This document shows, piece after piece, positions 21,660 to 35,374 of a stretch of 64,000 bases of DNA. The translations under genes were made by a program, and so were the position numbers. Each line of letters begins with the position of its first letter. Within the stretch, counting starts at the first letter, position 1. The stretch is from Eutreptiella sp. 'Long Island Sound 2002' (Eukaryota; Protista; Euglenida): positions 170,128,001-170,192,000 of the forward strand of contig OZ038378.1 in assembly GCA_964036045.1 (NCBI GenBank). Direction: 5' to 3'. The notes under the pieces were generated by a model that ran no database searches, had not been told where the DNA came from, and saw only the letters and a program-made list of their open reading frames with translations.

Positions 21660-24600
21660 TTTGGTTTGGTTTGGTTTGGTATGCCCGGGCGTAGGGGCCG
21701 CCGATCGGGGGCGTTGTGCACACTCCCCCTTCTTCGTGTGCTCCCTGCCACCTGACCCTGCGCAAACACGAGCAGTGGAATTCATCAATATCCTGCCAAT
21801 GGCGCTGTGGAATACCCCGAGTCTGCAAACACTGTCCACCCGACACCCGCCTGTACCACGTTCCATTGTTCCGGAGCCTGGCCCAGGCACGTGCAGACCA
21901 CCACGAGACGTTGCACCTGGGGTCTTTCCTGACGATGACAGCAAAACGGTGTGCATGCAGCAACGTGATACATCAGCGGTCCGTGATACCGGCTGTGGGT
22001 GGGAAGAAGCACATGCAATGGCCGCGCTGGTGTGTATTGCAGCCGTGGATCCCATCGAAGCAGCCAAGCCAACACTTGCTGTGCTAGTAAGGGAACCACT
22101 GCGGGTGTGACTGTGTGCTGACTATACGGGCTGCGCTGCCTGTCGGGCACCGACATGGGCCAGCGTACCCCAGGCACATTGTCCTGGCCGCGTTCCATAC
22201 CTGATAACACCTGACAGATCAGGCTTCGCACCACTGCTGCACGCATGTATCTCGGATCAGTGCGCTGCCTGTACTTCACCCAAGACAGACCAGACCAGGT
22301 TAAAATCAGGACCTGTGCCTCGTCTGCGCGCGACTCGACGTTCTGGAAAAAACGCACACGCGAGTCTGGCACCAGCATGCACCAGTACTCGCTGGTTCCC
22401 ACCATGACTCAGACGTGCAGATCCCACTTGGCCCGCACGTTACCTCGTACACCCGCTGTAAACGCCTCAGCCACCTGGGAAAAGGTGGCGCATGCTCGCA
22501 CGTACAGTTGTGAGCAATCTTCGACATGCGACCCCTCATTGCCGGACTCCAGGTGACAGAACCTGCATGGGGGTGTGTTAAGATACATGCGCGGCAGATA
22601 CGCGATGCTGCGTAAATACGCTGCTTGTCTGTGCTGCTGCAGCGTAACCTGAGGAGACTCACATACAGCCACCCAGTGGTCGGTATCTATGTCCAGATGC
22701 TGGACCATGGCTGCTACGGGCGATGCGCGTGCCACTGTAACTGAACAGAGCGCTGACAGGAATCGCGCCCGATGAAACACGCACTGACCGTGAAAAAATG
22801 GTATCAACACGTCTGCTATGCAGGGCAGCAGCGATGACCAGGGTAGTGGGACATCTGAAGGATGGGACTTGCCAAACGTGGCCAGTTCGTCTGACTGTGC
22901 CTGCCACCGTGCCGCTTGACCCCGATCCTGTGAATCATGCTGCGCTGGCAGCCAACACTCACGAATTCTGCTGAACACCGGGAGCTGCAGCACTTTCCTT
23001 GCCAGTCGATCAACCCAACTGTGCGTGGTCACTATGCTGCCATATGCACACACCTGCACAAACGCATTATCGCAGAACATGTACAGCTCACCTCTGTAAT
23101 GCTGTAGTATCAACATGGCGATTAGTTTCGCCAGCCACTCCAATGCGGATGACGACACAGCAGTGGCTACCACACCAAAACTGAACTCCTGGCATTCTAT
23201 CCCGTCAGTGACTACTATGCCGACTCCTGCACATTCTGGCTGTAACAAACCTGCAGGGATGTCCCGACCTGCGTCCGTCGTAACGTACAGTGCGTGTGCC
23301 ATTAAAAGCGAAGCCCGCAGGACTATGGGGGTGGAGCCATGCGCAAGCTCCGACACTGTCCGAATGACAACGCCGTGCTCGGTACAGCAAGCCATGAACT
23401 GCTCATAATCCCCTTGTCGCAAAGGCAGCGGACAATTGGCCTGTTCACGCAACACTGTTTGTGCGAGCGAGCTGCGACTGTCTATGGCTGACAGATACCC
23501 CTGCACGAAATTCATGGCTGCACGTGTCGCAATTTGCGGGCAGCCCCATCCCCCGAACACCACCGGAGTATGCAAGATCACCAGGGGCGTGTCTGCAGGC
23601 AGGGCTAGGATGCGCCGAAACAAATGGTTCACCTGCACCTGTGATTCCTGCAGCACCTGTGCCGGCAGCCACGACCCTTTAGCAACATAATCAATACGTG
23701 ACACCAGGTACGCTATAACCGAACGCACTGCCAGTAAAAAGTTCGGTTGGTACTTGGTGATGAAATACTGCAGACGACGTGCACTTTTGACCACGCGACC
23801 CTGTAACTGTGCTGGCGCTGTGTGGGGCTCCAGAGTTATGCCTACCACCTCCGGGACGCTCAATGCCGACTCCACTGGCATGCCATGTACGTATATGATG
23901 TGGCGCGCGCGCTGTATGTTACCGGCCGGTGCTAGTTGCAGAAAAGTGTAATTCATTTTGGCCTGGTTGCTGGGGGCGCACGCGTCCTGCGACAGCACAT
24001 GGGCCACTGTGGCCAAACGCGTGGCCTCCTCTGCCGTTCTGCCGAACCACCTCCTATCATCACTAAACACCACCTCACTCAAACTAACCCCCCGCACCCA
24101 CCAGCAGTCACCCAGGTACTGCAGGCCTCTGGTTCGGTATTTACCGTACTCCAGGTACGTTGTGGCTGCCAACCTGCACCCTTGCGAGAACCCCAACTGT
24201 GGCACGACCGGCGGTGCCAATCCCTGCACCGTCCATAACCGGACCTTCTGCCGGCCGTAAAAATCGGCTGCCCATACTCCGTACGCACACTGTGTGGGCC
24301 AGTGGGCCCCGCACCGGGCGACGTCCTCTCGGATCGGCATGTCAAATGCGCCGGACTCGTCGCCCTCTACTATGTGCACCTCCCTCCCTTTGGACAGGGC
24401 TACACTGACTATTGCTCTCGCTGCAAGTGCCAAATATTGTGGACTCAGTCCCTTGCGATAAGAAAACGTGTTTCCTGCCCATGATCCGTCTACCTCTGCC
24501 CGAAAATTCACTTCATGCTGAACGACACCTGCCTGCATGGAATTCGCTGCGGATGCTAATTTGATCGGACGGTATGACTGAAAGAGGTGCGTGAGGCCTG

Positions 24601-25985
24601 ATTTATATATACCTAGCTGCAGAATCTGGTTAGAAACGGCATCAGGGTACAGGCGAAGCCGCCGCGTATAATGATACAGGGCCTTGTCACCTGCATGCGG
24701 CATTGCTGCTAGTAGGCTCACTGGTATCTCGTCTCGTGACGTGGCGTCTGACCCACCCCTGTCGAGGGCTTCCCTCAAAGCGTACGCATTGATCTGTGGG
24801 TCTCGCGGCAAGACTGACAACAGCGACTGTGTGTCGTCGGGACTGGTGGGAAGGCCTAACGCGCGCAGGCGCAAGATGGTGTCGAAATGCGGCTCATCCC
24901 ATGCGGCTAACTGTTTCCCTGGCTGAGCCGCGTGTACCAATACAGACACGTTGACTGACTGCCCGCGTGATATGTGATAAAATTCCAATTGACTCGCTGC
25001 TGTGCGCAACGCTGTCTGCACATCCTGTCGCTGATCTGCGCGGGACTTGAGCTGCGGATATGGACGCGGCGTTTTGGTTGCGGGCTGGATGGCTCGTGTG
25101 GTGTGTGACGTGATATTGACTGTACTCAGCACCTGATCATTCATACGCACCCCACGCACATACAGGTGCTGTTGCACTTCTTCGTGCCATGCTTGCAGTT
25201 CCCTCTGTGTGACCCCCTTGCGTACCAAACCCTTCCCCCTGTCCAGAATCGCTTGGGCACTTACTCGATGCGAGCTTGGGGGCAGTATACCATCTGCAAT
25301 GCTCCAGTAACATGCCACCCAGGCATCAGGATGTGCCGCAGTGCCCGCCATCCACCACCAATACAGTGCCAACAACCGCGCCGCACGCCGTTTCTGCTCA
25401 TCTGTCGTCACTCTGTGTTTGTAACGCTTCTGTACCTTCGCTGTCTGACACCCCATACCCGTGAGGGCACACACGAGGGCCATGTGTGTCGAAACCCCTG
25501 GATACACTCCCTTCTGTGCTACTCCTATGTGCTTGGAGACCAGGATATAATCTATCTCTGTGGCCACTGCCGTTTGCCCTGTAGACGTGTAGTTGGTCTT
25601 CTCCCCCCTGTCATATGGTATGTGCAGTTTGCTCAGTGCGTGCCCTTTGCTCACCACCCTCTCCACCAAACTCTTGCTGTTTCCGGGACATTGAAGTCGC
25701 CCGATACCACTGCCTCGTGCGGGCGCACCCTGTCAATCATGGCACCCACCGCACTCAGTATCTCCTCTTTCGCCGTGCTATTGATCTCAGGATCCATATG
25801 TACATCAACAAGCAGAGAGACCACATTGGTGTCTCGGTGTATCAGCACTGCCAGCCACGACCGTTCATCTATAAGCACATCGCAACACTGCTTCATTTCT
25901 GGCGCCCAAAGTCGGCGATGCATCAACACGCACATGCCTTTACCAGGCCCTTGCACTGCACTCATACACACTACAGAGTGAGAGG
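21660..25985 (-). mobile_element. 5'-truncated non-LTR retrotransposon (element B): APE-RT-RNase H-CCHC plus C-terminal extension
   Basis: APE: GDFN (ORF 25651-26133), then a frameshift near 25680 into IDYILVS..STH. RT: YRPIKL, DESGAFD, GFSQGC, FSDD. RNase H: TTDAG, ALEW, CDN, QSDELA. Zn knuckle: CRFC-X9-H-X3-C. An in-frame TGA at 22409-11 joins ORF 21785-22405. (CCAAA)4 at 21660-21679 is a candidate tail. Confidence 0.9.
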
Positions 25986-28900
25986 GGGGGGGGACCGTGT
26001 GGTTTGAAGGGAGGGGGGGATCAGGTACCTCCGAACAATTGGGTATGCAGCCCAAGTAGCCTGACTCACGCACCGCCCCTACCAAATTGGATAGGGTGCC
26101 ATCGGCTTGGGTGTTTGCAGCAATGGGTGCCAAAAACCTCAGGAGGAAGTGTCCGCGGGGGCTGCCTTAGGACGGTGCAAGAATGTTACAAGCACAGTGC
26201 TCCATTCCTCTTCAGAAATCAAAGGCAGGCTAGGGAGGCTAGGAACAAAACAAGAGTGGGCAAAGTGGCTACAGAACCCCTGCCGTCTTGGGGGCCCAAA
26301 GGTGGGCAATGGCTGCATTACCCCTGCCACCTCAGGGGTCCCCAACACACAATGCGGGGGATGAAAATCAGAAGTGGGAAGCAAAGGGGGGACAAAATTG
26401 TTCAAGCTGTTTTTGCCTTTTTCAAGTCCCCTGAAAAAATCTGAGCATTTTGAGAATAAACACGTGTGGTGAAAAGAGTTTTACCCCATACTGCAAGCCC
26501 CGAAAAAATTCTTCAGCGCCAGTCACTTTGCCCAAAATCTAAAATTAGACAAAGACGGGTTCGAAAACTTTGGGCGGGGGGGTGGATTCGAACCGGCCAC
26601 CCCCCTCGTTGCATGCCTTGTGGAACATCAAATCACACACATTTAGAGTTGGAGCCACACTAATGAGCTGGTACTTGCAATGGCAAGCCTGAGCAAGTGT
26701 CACAGTTTTTTTTCCCGGCAAGGGGGGTCACTTTGGCGTGCCGCAGGTGCCACAGGCTGGAATTAATTCTCTTACAACCGCAAAACACCAAAGCCTACAA
26801 TAAGAAGAAAAAACCATGATTCAATTGTCATCTGGGGTACTTGTCCAAAAAAAAATGGTACCGGGACAAATGCAAACGACAACATAACAAAGATGTCGCT
26901 AAATAGCCACGCCATGCGTGCACTGCATGCGTGCCACATCAGGTGCTCCCCCAAGTCCCCAATTTCTCCCCCTTACGTTTGATCTCGCACTCCATGGTAT
27001 GGTCTTGTCAAACAGGTCTTGGATCTAGCCCTGTCCCTTTCTTCGTCAGGGAGAGTGACAGGAGGAGCATTGAAACACCAAGGCAGAAAAACGCGCTTCA
27101 GATCAGAACTCAGAAGCAAAGCAGAATGTGTCAGCTTCTCACTCACATGTATATTCAATGACTAATAACATTCGGCTTCAGTCGTCGTGGCTCTTGGCAA
27201 TGATGAGGGTCATAGAATAGTGTAGAGTGTGGAAGGTTGTGCAAGGGTGTGCAGGGTCTGGAGGGCTGCTGCAAGGACCATGTTCTTCTCTCACAGATTG
27301 TACTGAAGTGTTGACGCCACCAACAGATATCTTCTTTTGATCCAGCAATGGACCTGAGAACACTGACACCATTCAATCAGGAGTCTTTCATTTCCCATGT
27401 TATTCCTCCATCGATGAGAGCGCTCCATCTGCAACTGGAACAGTCAACAATCGGTAGCTGGGACTCGTGCACGGTTCCTCAGCATACGCCAAGGGAAATG
27501 TCTTGTTGAAGGTGTGCATTGCAGCTGGGCCAGCAAGAATATATCACGGCTAGGGTGGTTCAGGGTTTCATGCAAAGGGGGTGAGGGAGGCTGTCCCACA
27601 GAGGAAGCCCTGTAAGGGGTCCGCAGGAATCAAGAGCTTTGGCGCGCCCATCAAATCACAAAACAGTTTGGGCCAGACATTACAGCATGAAGGTAAATCG
27701 CCACAAAAATGGGGACAATGTTGTAAAAGGTTGGGTTTGACCTCAATCATAAAACCTTGTTTTTCTGTTTCTTTTTTGCTTACGTTTACGTTCAATGCGC
27801 TCGGAGGGGTAGCCACACTGATATCAGACCGCATCCTGGACTGCCCACGTCCCCTGCCTCGAAGCAGCGCTTCTGCTACATCAAAATGTGGGCATGTGGC
27901 TGTCGTCGTTTCCCAGGGAGACAGCGAAGATTCCACCGTCCAAAACAAGGCCGTCCCGAAACAAATCAGGGGTTTGGAGCAAAGCTGCAGGGGAAGGCAT
28001 ACACGGCACTGCAGCAATGCACTGGAGTATGATATAACATGGGACTGATCGGGAGGATGGGTGTTTTGCAGGGTGGGGCATGAGCTTTGAGCATGTGTGT
28101 TCGTAGGTCACGAGTGAGCGTAGCAGCGTCCATTCATGAACACAGAAAGACAGACATCACAGTAACACATGGTCCGGGCTCAGGCTAGGTGACAATGGCT
28201 GTACTTCGGAACACCTCCATGGGATAGAGGGGGCATCTCACAGCGGGGCGCACTGGAGGCTGGAAGGCCTGGCGGCCTCGGTTGATGGACAAAGAAGTGT
28301 CCAAGTATACGGCATCATCGCACCACGTGCAATCTTGAGGCAGGCCCACCACAATTGCCATGACACAATTTACCACCCCCCCCCCCCCCAAGTAAACCCC
28401 CCCCGCCAAGGGACATGGCGCCCGCACGCAGAATACACGATCATGGCGCCCCCTAAAAAATGGCCCTCCTCCCCGGAACAGACACTCGCGGCCCGGGCCA
28501 TTGACATGGAGGGTGGGGGGGGGGGGGGGGGAAGGCCCGGAACTGTGTTGAGGCACAATTCCTTGTGCAAACTTCGGAAAATTCCAAAGTAATATAGCCC
28601 CGAAGCTCGTTACAGCTTCCACAGGGCCGTAGCTCCCCCACTTTCGACACTCATGTGTGGGGCCTTCGTAATCACCGTGTTCGTTCATCAATAGTATGCC
28701 TGCGTTGTCCCAACAGGCAAACTGCACATGGAACACACACAGGGGCAGTAACACACCGCGGGACTACACACAGGGGTGACCCCAGGAGCAGCGAGACACC
28801 GGGGCCACACACCGGGCAGATAGGCATTGGGAGACTGTATGTGCAGGGGCAGTGGGGGGAGCCCTACACAACGGGGAACTGCACATGCACACAGATATCA

Positions 28901-30104
28901 TGCCGCAGGGGGCATGTGCCATTGAGGGTTCACACTGAGACGCTCATTCGCAAGGGGTCAGTGGTGAGTCAGTAATAGAAGTCAAGAGGAGGGGGCAGGG
29001 AAGTTTTTGAAGGGTGGCGGGGGGTCTGGGACCCAAAAGTTTGTGTACCAGCAATGGCCCAACCAGATTTTTCCAATGGTAAATTTCGTTTTTTCCCACG
29101 ATGGTCACTTTGTTTATTTGGGGGGGGGGGGGATTCCATGGGGGGGATACCTTCCCTCCTCCTGTGGTGCACGGCCATTCTAATACTTCCCTGGAAGGGA
29201 GCTCTACCCTCAATCCCTGGCGGGACCTCGTGCAGCGAGATGCATCAGAGGGACCCATCTGTAGGCAGGGGGAGGGGTGGAGGACTTGGAGAGACACTGA
29301 CTTCACCATTGTGGCCTCGGGACATAAGAGGGGTAAATTGCGTCGGGGTATCAAGGTCAGACATACAACAAACGTCACGGAGGAGGGGCATGAGGGGGCC
29401 AAATAGCACACCTAAGAGGGCAGGAGCAGTAGCAGGTCATGGGCCAATGAGAGACTCGGGGGGCTCGTTCCTTCTGCACTTTCCTGTATTCTGCACTTCT
29501 GATGCGCTTCCAAGTGGCATGCACATTGCACACGCCGGTCAGCGGATCCAACCGGCAGACCGGAACGGGCCCATGGATTTGGTAGAACAGTCAATGAGTA
29601 CAAACGGTGTGCACCGGGATGCCACACATAGGCAGACTGGAAACTTGTGCCAATCCGTTTTGAGGGGCAAACTTGAGGCAGGCATTTGTCTGTTGAGACC
29701 CACACATTGGATCCACATAAGACTTCCCGCCCTTAGAAAAAAGAAAGAAATTGTTTTCTCCGTAACATTTAGTACGCTGCTGCTTGAAACCAAACACCAG
29801 CGGTCTTTCAACAATCGCGGTTGGCTGCCAACCGCCAGCGCGGCTGGACTTCCCTTAACTGCAAGACTGCAGAAATAGAGAAAAAAGGCGTGAAAACATG
29901 CAATTGATGTGTGGGACACACAAAATGCACAGGTAGAGAACCTCAGATCTCGGCCATTTCCCAAGGTACATGCTCCAATCTGCTTGCAACAGAAATACAG
30001 CACAGCACAGAAGGAGCGACCGGTGGGCATACTCGCTTTTGAGGTAATTGTCCGAAAGAACAAGCCTTGGTATGCCGCTCCCACCCTTTCGTAGGGGGAA
30101 TCCT

Positions 30105-30875
30105 TGCACTGCACGCGCACTGCGCGCTACTTTTAGACTATGTTCCCCCTGAAGAGCCCACAGGCACGCCCCTTGGAAACACCCTTAGAATTAGGTGACC
30201 CAAACTGGACTGGAGGGGACCTTGAGCGGGACCTTCCCAGTTCTTGTGTCTCACAAGCACAACACAAACTCAGGCACGTGCTCCATCACTGGCCGCTGGT
30301 GGGCTGTGGGTTCAGTATTGTGTGAGTGTCCGTGAGTGTATGGAAACAACTCGTCATATAGAGCGGGCGGGCGGGCAGCGACCACCCAAATATAAAAATA
30401 TTCTGAAATCAGATATGGACATGCATGGGAATTCTGGCGAATCCCTACCGTGAATCCCTAATCAACCTCTGTTTTCAACTTGTGGTACAACCACGCTTCC
30501 TCATCAACAGGGATGCGGCCTCGCATAGGGCATTCAACTGTGGTCAAGAAAAAACCGGGCAGTCCGTCACGTCAACTCGACGGGCCACGCCAAAGCATGG
30601 GAGTCCATCACCCCAACTCAAGGGCCCACACCAAAGTGTGGGAGTCCATGGTGAAGATGAGCAAAAAAAAATGTGCAAAGGGGTGGAAATGGGTGAAAGT
30701 GGGTGAAAATCCAAAAATGCCATATCCCCCATGTGGAAGAAGAATCAAAACCTATGGTAGGGGCAACAATGATGCCCCTAGTATCACAAAGTATGGGTCT
30801 CTAGTACGGCTAGACGCCCAAATAGTTGCACTGCGCCCGCACTGCACGCGCACTGCGCTAAGGGCGCCCCCGTAG
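30105..30875 (+). repeat. Uninterrupted copy of the GCACTGCGCGC-bounded dispersed repeat
   Basis: Its left part matches 5206-5308 and its right part matches 13470-13600. Confidence 0.65.
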
Positions 30876-32149
30876 GATGGCCACATAGGCAGGGACTGGG
30901 AACCCCCTAAGACATTCCAAGGTCTTCAATTCATGGGGCCTGTGTCTCATGCACATGTGTCGCATATATCTTAGAGGTAAAGTGTATACCCCCTACTTTC
31001 CGATAACAATTGCATGCAGGGTATTCCCCCTACTTTCCAAACCTTCATAAGAGCATGCGCAAAGGGTGTGCCACGTCAAGGATGGTGTGCAAGGTGCTAG
31101 ACTTTGTGGGTGGTTGTTGAAGGGTCTGAAGGGTCATTGAAGTCATGGATGATTGTTGGCGATTTTGGGGGTGTTGTTGTGCCTTATGGGTGGTCTGGGC
31201 CGTCCTTCCGCCTGAGGGCAAGGGTAGAGGCGAAGAGGCATAGAGAGGGGCATGGGCAAGAGCAGCGGCAGAGGCAAGGATGGAGACAGTGGCACGGAGG
31301 AGGCAGCAGGGGGCAGGGGAGGCAGAGGTAAACAGACAGGCACAAGGGCAGAGCGACATGGTGTGGCAGCTCAACCCTTGCTTGGGTGACGGAAGGGACA
31401 CCTGATTGGTGAAAGTGCACATGCATATGGACAACAAATGGATTTGGGATATGCAGGTCATCGGCAGGTGGACATCTTCTTCATACAAAGAGGAGGAGGA
31501 TTGGGCTGTCCATTTGTGGCAAGCATTTGCAAGAACGCTGCAGGACAATCAAACATACAAAGCGGGACTGCAGCAGAGCAAAGCGTTCTCAAACTGCATT
31601 CCTCGGAAGGTGGGGCTTTTTTGCCGGCCGCAAACTGAGCAAGAGGTTGCCCGAAGATCAATCAATGAGCCGCGGGCATGGGGCAGCCCCCAAAACACAG
31701 CACAAGCGCAGATGGTGAGCAGGACAAGTGTCTACAGTCACTCCTGCCCCCATTGTACCCCATGTTGGCATGCAGGCCGAAGCATCCAGCTGGAAAATCA
31801 TGAAGAACAAAGACAATGGTGCAGGTTGAGATACATGCAGAGCACAATGCAGAGTTCGAGTGTAAAACAGACACAAGGGAGCGAACAAATCGGATACTGC
31901 GATTCGTGGACGAGGAGTTGAAAAATTGAAAAATGGACTGGAAACTGGGGGGGTACTTGCACCGCACACATGCAGGCGCAGCTTTTGAGGCATTTATCCC
32001 AGAACATACACCCAAATGGAATGCTCTCAGTTGTGCACTATCCATATTGTTGCCTCGAAGCGTAGCCCCCTACAACTGTTAAAGTGCAGAGCTACTCGCC
32101 AGCTCCTCGCTCTTTGCTTTCTGCTGAGACTGCATGCCCATGCTGCTTT

Positions 32150-33450
32150 GGCGTCTTTACGGCCTATTCCTCCACATTGCATCGCGGCCTACGTCACACG
32201 GATGCGTCACATGTGGTCTAATGCTCAAAATCGAGAAAAACCTCCCCTTCCCCCCTGGTGACAAAGCCCTGACAGATGCACCAAGCGCACTGGCCACCTT
32301 TAATGGAGGGGGCTTGATAGACTTGCCCTCTGTAATACAGCCACCTACCAAGAGCTACTGCATTGCAACCACTCGAAGGCACATAACTTCCAAAAGGAGT
32401 GGAAAAGAGGGATGATACATGATTGGTGTGAAAAGTGCACTGTCGAAATGGCAATGTCAGAGCAAGAGCCTACTGCGTTTCTGCTTCTCGGCCTGCCGTC
32501 TGCATGCATACATCACGGCATCAAGAACGTGTTGCAGGTGACGAAGCTGCTCAAGCAAGAGGGAGTGTTTGCCCCATGCGTGCCCCACGCAGCAGGATTC
32601 CCTCCAGGGAGTGCTCTGGGTCCCATGGTACCCCAACATACACCCTAAAAATGATGCTCCGCCTGGCACATTGACTATCTTTAAGTGCACGTCATCAGGA
32701 ATTGTTTTTGAAAAAATTTCCCCGGGTTGCTCCGTGGCCTGATTTGTGAGTGAAATGAAAAGCTCATGTTGCACTGTAGACTGTGCAGCAGATGCTGCAT
32801 CCAGGAATGCCCAGAAATATTGAATAAACAACATCATGAAAAACTAACCCTCCATGATCCTTTTTTGACCATGGCACATTGGTCTATTGATGCTGACCCT
32901 CTCTGCAAATGAGAGACTACAGCCACGACTCAATCATAGGATGGTTAAATTACAAATAATTCAGGTGCAAACATTCCTCTTGCATGCACCCCTGGCACGC
33001 AGGGGAAGAACCCGTCACTAGTCCCGAGACTGCCTTTTATGAGAGCCCCAGCATCTGAGACCCTCCCTTCCCCCGCCACCAGCAAACCCATCCCAGCGTT
33101 GAGGGATTTGGCAATGGAATGGATGGTGGTCCAGTGACTGCCACCTTCAGAAGAAGGGAGTGCCTATGCAGACAGCGCTTTGAGGGGAAATAATAGCTTC
33201 AAAGAATAACATCAAATTAAATATCCAATCTATTATCCCCTCCCCTGCACAACAACCAGCAATGTTTTGCCGAATGCCCCAGGGGGACGGGGCCTCATGA
33301 GAGTATTTTTCAAGGTAAAAAAAGCGCCGTTTGACCAGAGAGCGGTCATTGGACAAGACCTGGTCAACTTTGAGGCCCGGAAGAGTTCCGGCGTGTTGCG
33401 CCGCAGATGTGCAACAGAATACCCGGCCCGATGACAACTGCATTTACAGA
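32150..33450 (-). pseudogene. Highly degenerate non-LTR RT remnant
   Basis: Broken motifs appear in RT order: HEAPSPWGI..DWIFNLML (cf. KAPGPDGI..LFN), GCSLS (domain 4), ASFLGCMLG (cf. YLG). Multiple stops and frameshifts. Confidence 0.4.
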
Positions 33451-34690
33451 ACAAGACTTAGACATCCAACAGCCACTGAACAACAATCATAAACACATGT
33501 TGAATAACACTGGGAGTGATGAGCGTACGCATGAACACCGAATCACACAGTCCATTTCAGTGCACACACACAAAACAGTCCAGCATGCACAATTGAGTTT
33601 TCAGTGACAGCAGCAGAGAAACGAGCACATTGAGTGCCCACAGTGCATACAGCTTGCTCGGGATTTTTACACAAAAAAACGCTTTCGCCCTCAGGAAGAT
33701 ACATAGTGTGCAAAGGACTAGACAGCGGTCAGCTAATGACGGGCAGCACGGCTGCAATGACGGTTGGTGCTCAACCGTTCGTGTTTGGCGGTTAATGGAC
33801 CAGGGCTGGCGGCTGAGAAAGGGGGCTGGCATTGACGGAGAGGATGAGCCAGTCATTGCAAGCGATTGACGGACAACCCCCAACCAGGGAGGTGCAATTC
33901 GTCTGCGCATTGGTCTCGGCAATGATGGCCAAATTATTCGATTCGATGACACTGGCACTCAACAGAGGAGGGCGATCACTTTGCGCGTATGCGCGTGTAC
34001 ACCGCCCTGCTACCAGTAGCCCAAGAAACAAATTGGTCATATTGCACAACAGGCACTGAACGCGCATTGGGTCTCAAGAGTTATGAGTTGATCACAGGCC
34101 TCAGCACTGGCCTTCACAATCAGACTTGCCACTCATATCCGTCAGGTCGCTGAGTTCCGCTAGTGATCAGCCTTGCACCACTTGCCATTCACAAGACCTA
34201 CTCCTGCCACACCAATTAAGGATTCAGTAAGACAGAGCTGCATCTCGCAGCACAAATCAGTAGAGGCTGTTTGTGATCATCGTGTGCCTGGGCTGGCACG
34301 CGCTAGTGGCAAGTCTGTTTGGCAATTGTTTGTTCACCGAAATGGAATTTGCCCTGAGGCACAATGTGGTCTCATGCACATGGATAGGTGAGCCAGCCCC
34401 CTGCTCCCCCAAATCGGGCAGCGCAGTGGCTGTGATGCTGCTAAGGCCAGCAGTGGGACTGCAGTGCGCTCTGACGTAAAAAAAACCTAAGGCTCGAATG
34501 CGACAAATGCGCTTTTCCTCCCCCGCATTCCCGCATCCAAATCCCTCCCCCCCCCTCAAAACTCCGGCAGCTCTTCCATTGCGATGAAAGCATCGTCAAA
34601 ACATGCGCGATCATTGGGCACGGGGGGTGGGTGATAACGTTGACATGTTCACGTCCCACAGGCGGAAGGTTTCCTTTGAGACGCCGAGTG

Positions 34691-35374
34691 TCAGCCCACA
34701 GCATCGGCCGCGTGGATGTCCGCGGCGCGGCCCACCGCGCTAAACGCAGCCTTGCCCGGTGGAGCCAGGCGGCCTCCGGGCGTGCGGGACCGGTCCCGCC
34801 TCTTTACGGGGCTGGAGCTGCTCTTCTTTCGCGACGGCGCAAACCCAGGGCTGCCGGTCCCCAGCGTGTCAGCCCAGCGGATCTGCAGATCCCCCAACGG
34901 ATACGATCCCGCCGGTTGCGCAGCGGGCGCTTTGCGGCCGAGGGCGGCATCGTCGCGATGCCCCACGCCCGACAGCGCGAGCAGGTGGTTTGGGGGGCCG
35001 GGGGACCGCGACCGGTGCCGGGGCCCCAGCGGGTGGACTTGCCGCAGCCTCCCGCGCTCCGGAACTCTCGGGCCAGCCTGAGACATGGGACTGCGGTGCA
35101 GGGGGACGTGCGGGTCCTGTTGGGGCTGAAGGGGCTGCCGCTGGGTTTGCAATGTGGCGAACCGGCTGCGCGGCGGTGAGGCAGCCGCTGCGGGACCGGC
35201 GCCTGTGCGGGCACCGTCCAGCGTTAGAGAGTCCATGTGCACCGGGTTGTGCAGGCGCCCGGGGGGTGAGACGCGGCCGTGGCTGTTGGCCAGACTGGTC
35301 GGAGAAACGGTAGGAGACCGTCTCGAAGATGCGAGCGTAGAATTGGGAAATGACTGCCTTGTAGAGCCCGCGAT
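34691..35374 (-). CDS. Coiled-coil hypothetical protein, exon 8 (terminal; S/P/R-rich disordered tail)
   Basis: Acceptor TTTTTGTGCACAG|ATC, phase 0 matching exon 7. 684 nt ending in TGA. GC-rich with coding-like composition. Confidence 0.7.
   Translation of the reverse strand: MAGSTRQSFPNSTLASSRRSPTVSPTSLANSHGRVSPPGRLHNPVHMDSLTLDGARTGAGPAAAASPPRSRFATLQTQRQPLQPQQDPHVPLHRSPMSQAGPRVPERGRLRQVHPLGPRHRSRSPGPPNHLLALSGVGHRDDAALGRKAPAAQPAGSYPLGDLQIRWADTLGTGSPGFAPSRKKSSSSPVKRRDRSRTPGGRLAPPGKAAFSAVGRAADIHAADAVG

Noticed and set aside
5525-22411. Stop-codon reassignment (TAG/TGA read as sense), suggested by five in-frame stops in elements A and B
   Set aside because: The intact methyltransferase and the coiled-coil model have no internal stops and end in TGA. 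Element A also carries missense damage at key residues (RNase H Asp to Gly, 2A Pro to His). Ordinary nonsense mutation is the simpler explanation.
27640-30000. Possible degenerate APE fragments (GGVATLIS at ~27800; LLLETKH..KVHAP at ~29770-29970)
   Set aside because: Isolated short motifs amid many stops; too weak to call without a profile search.
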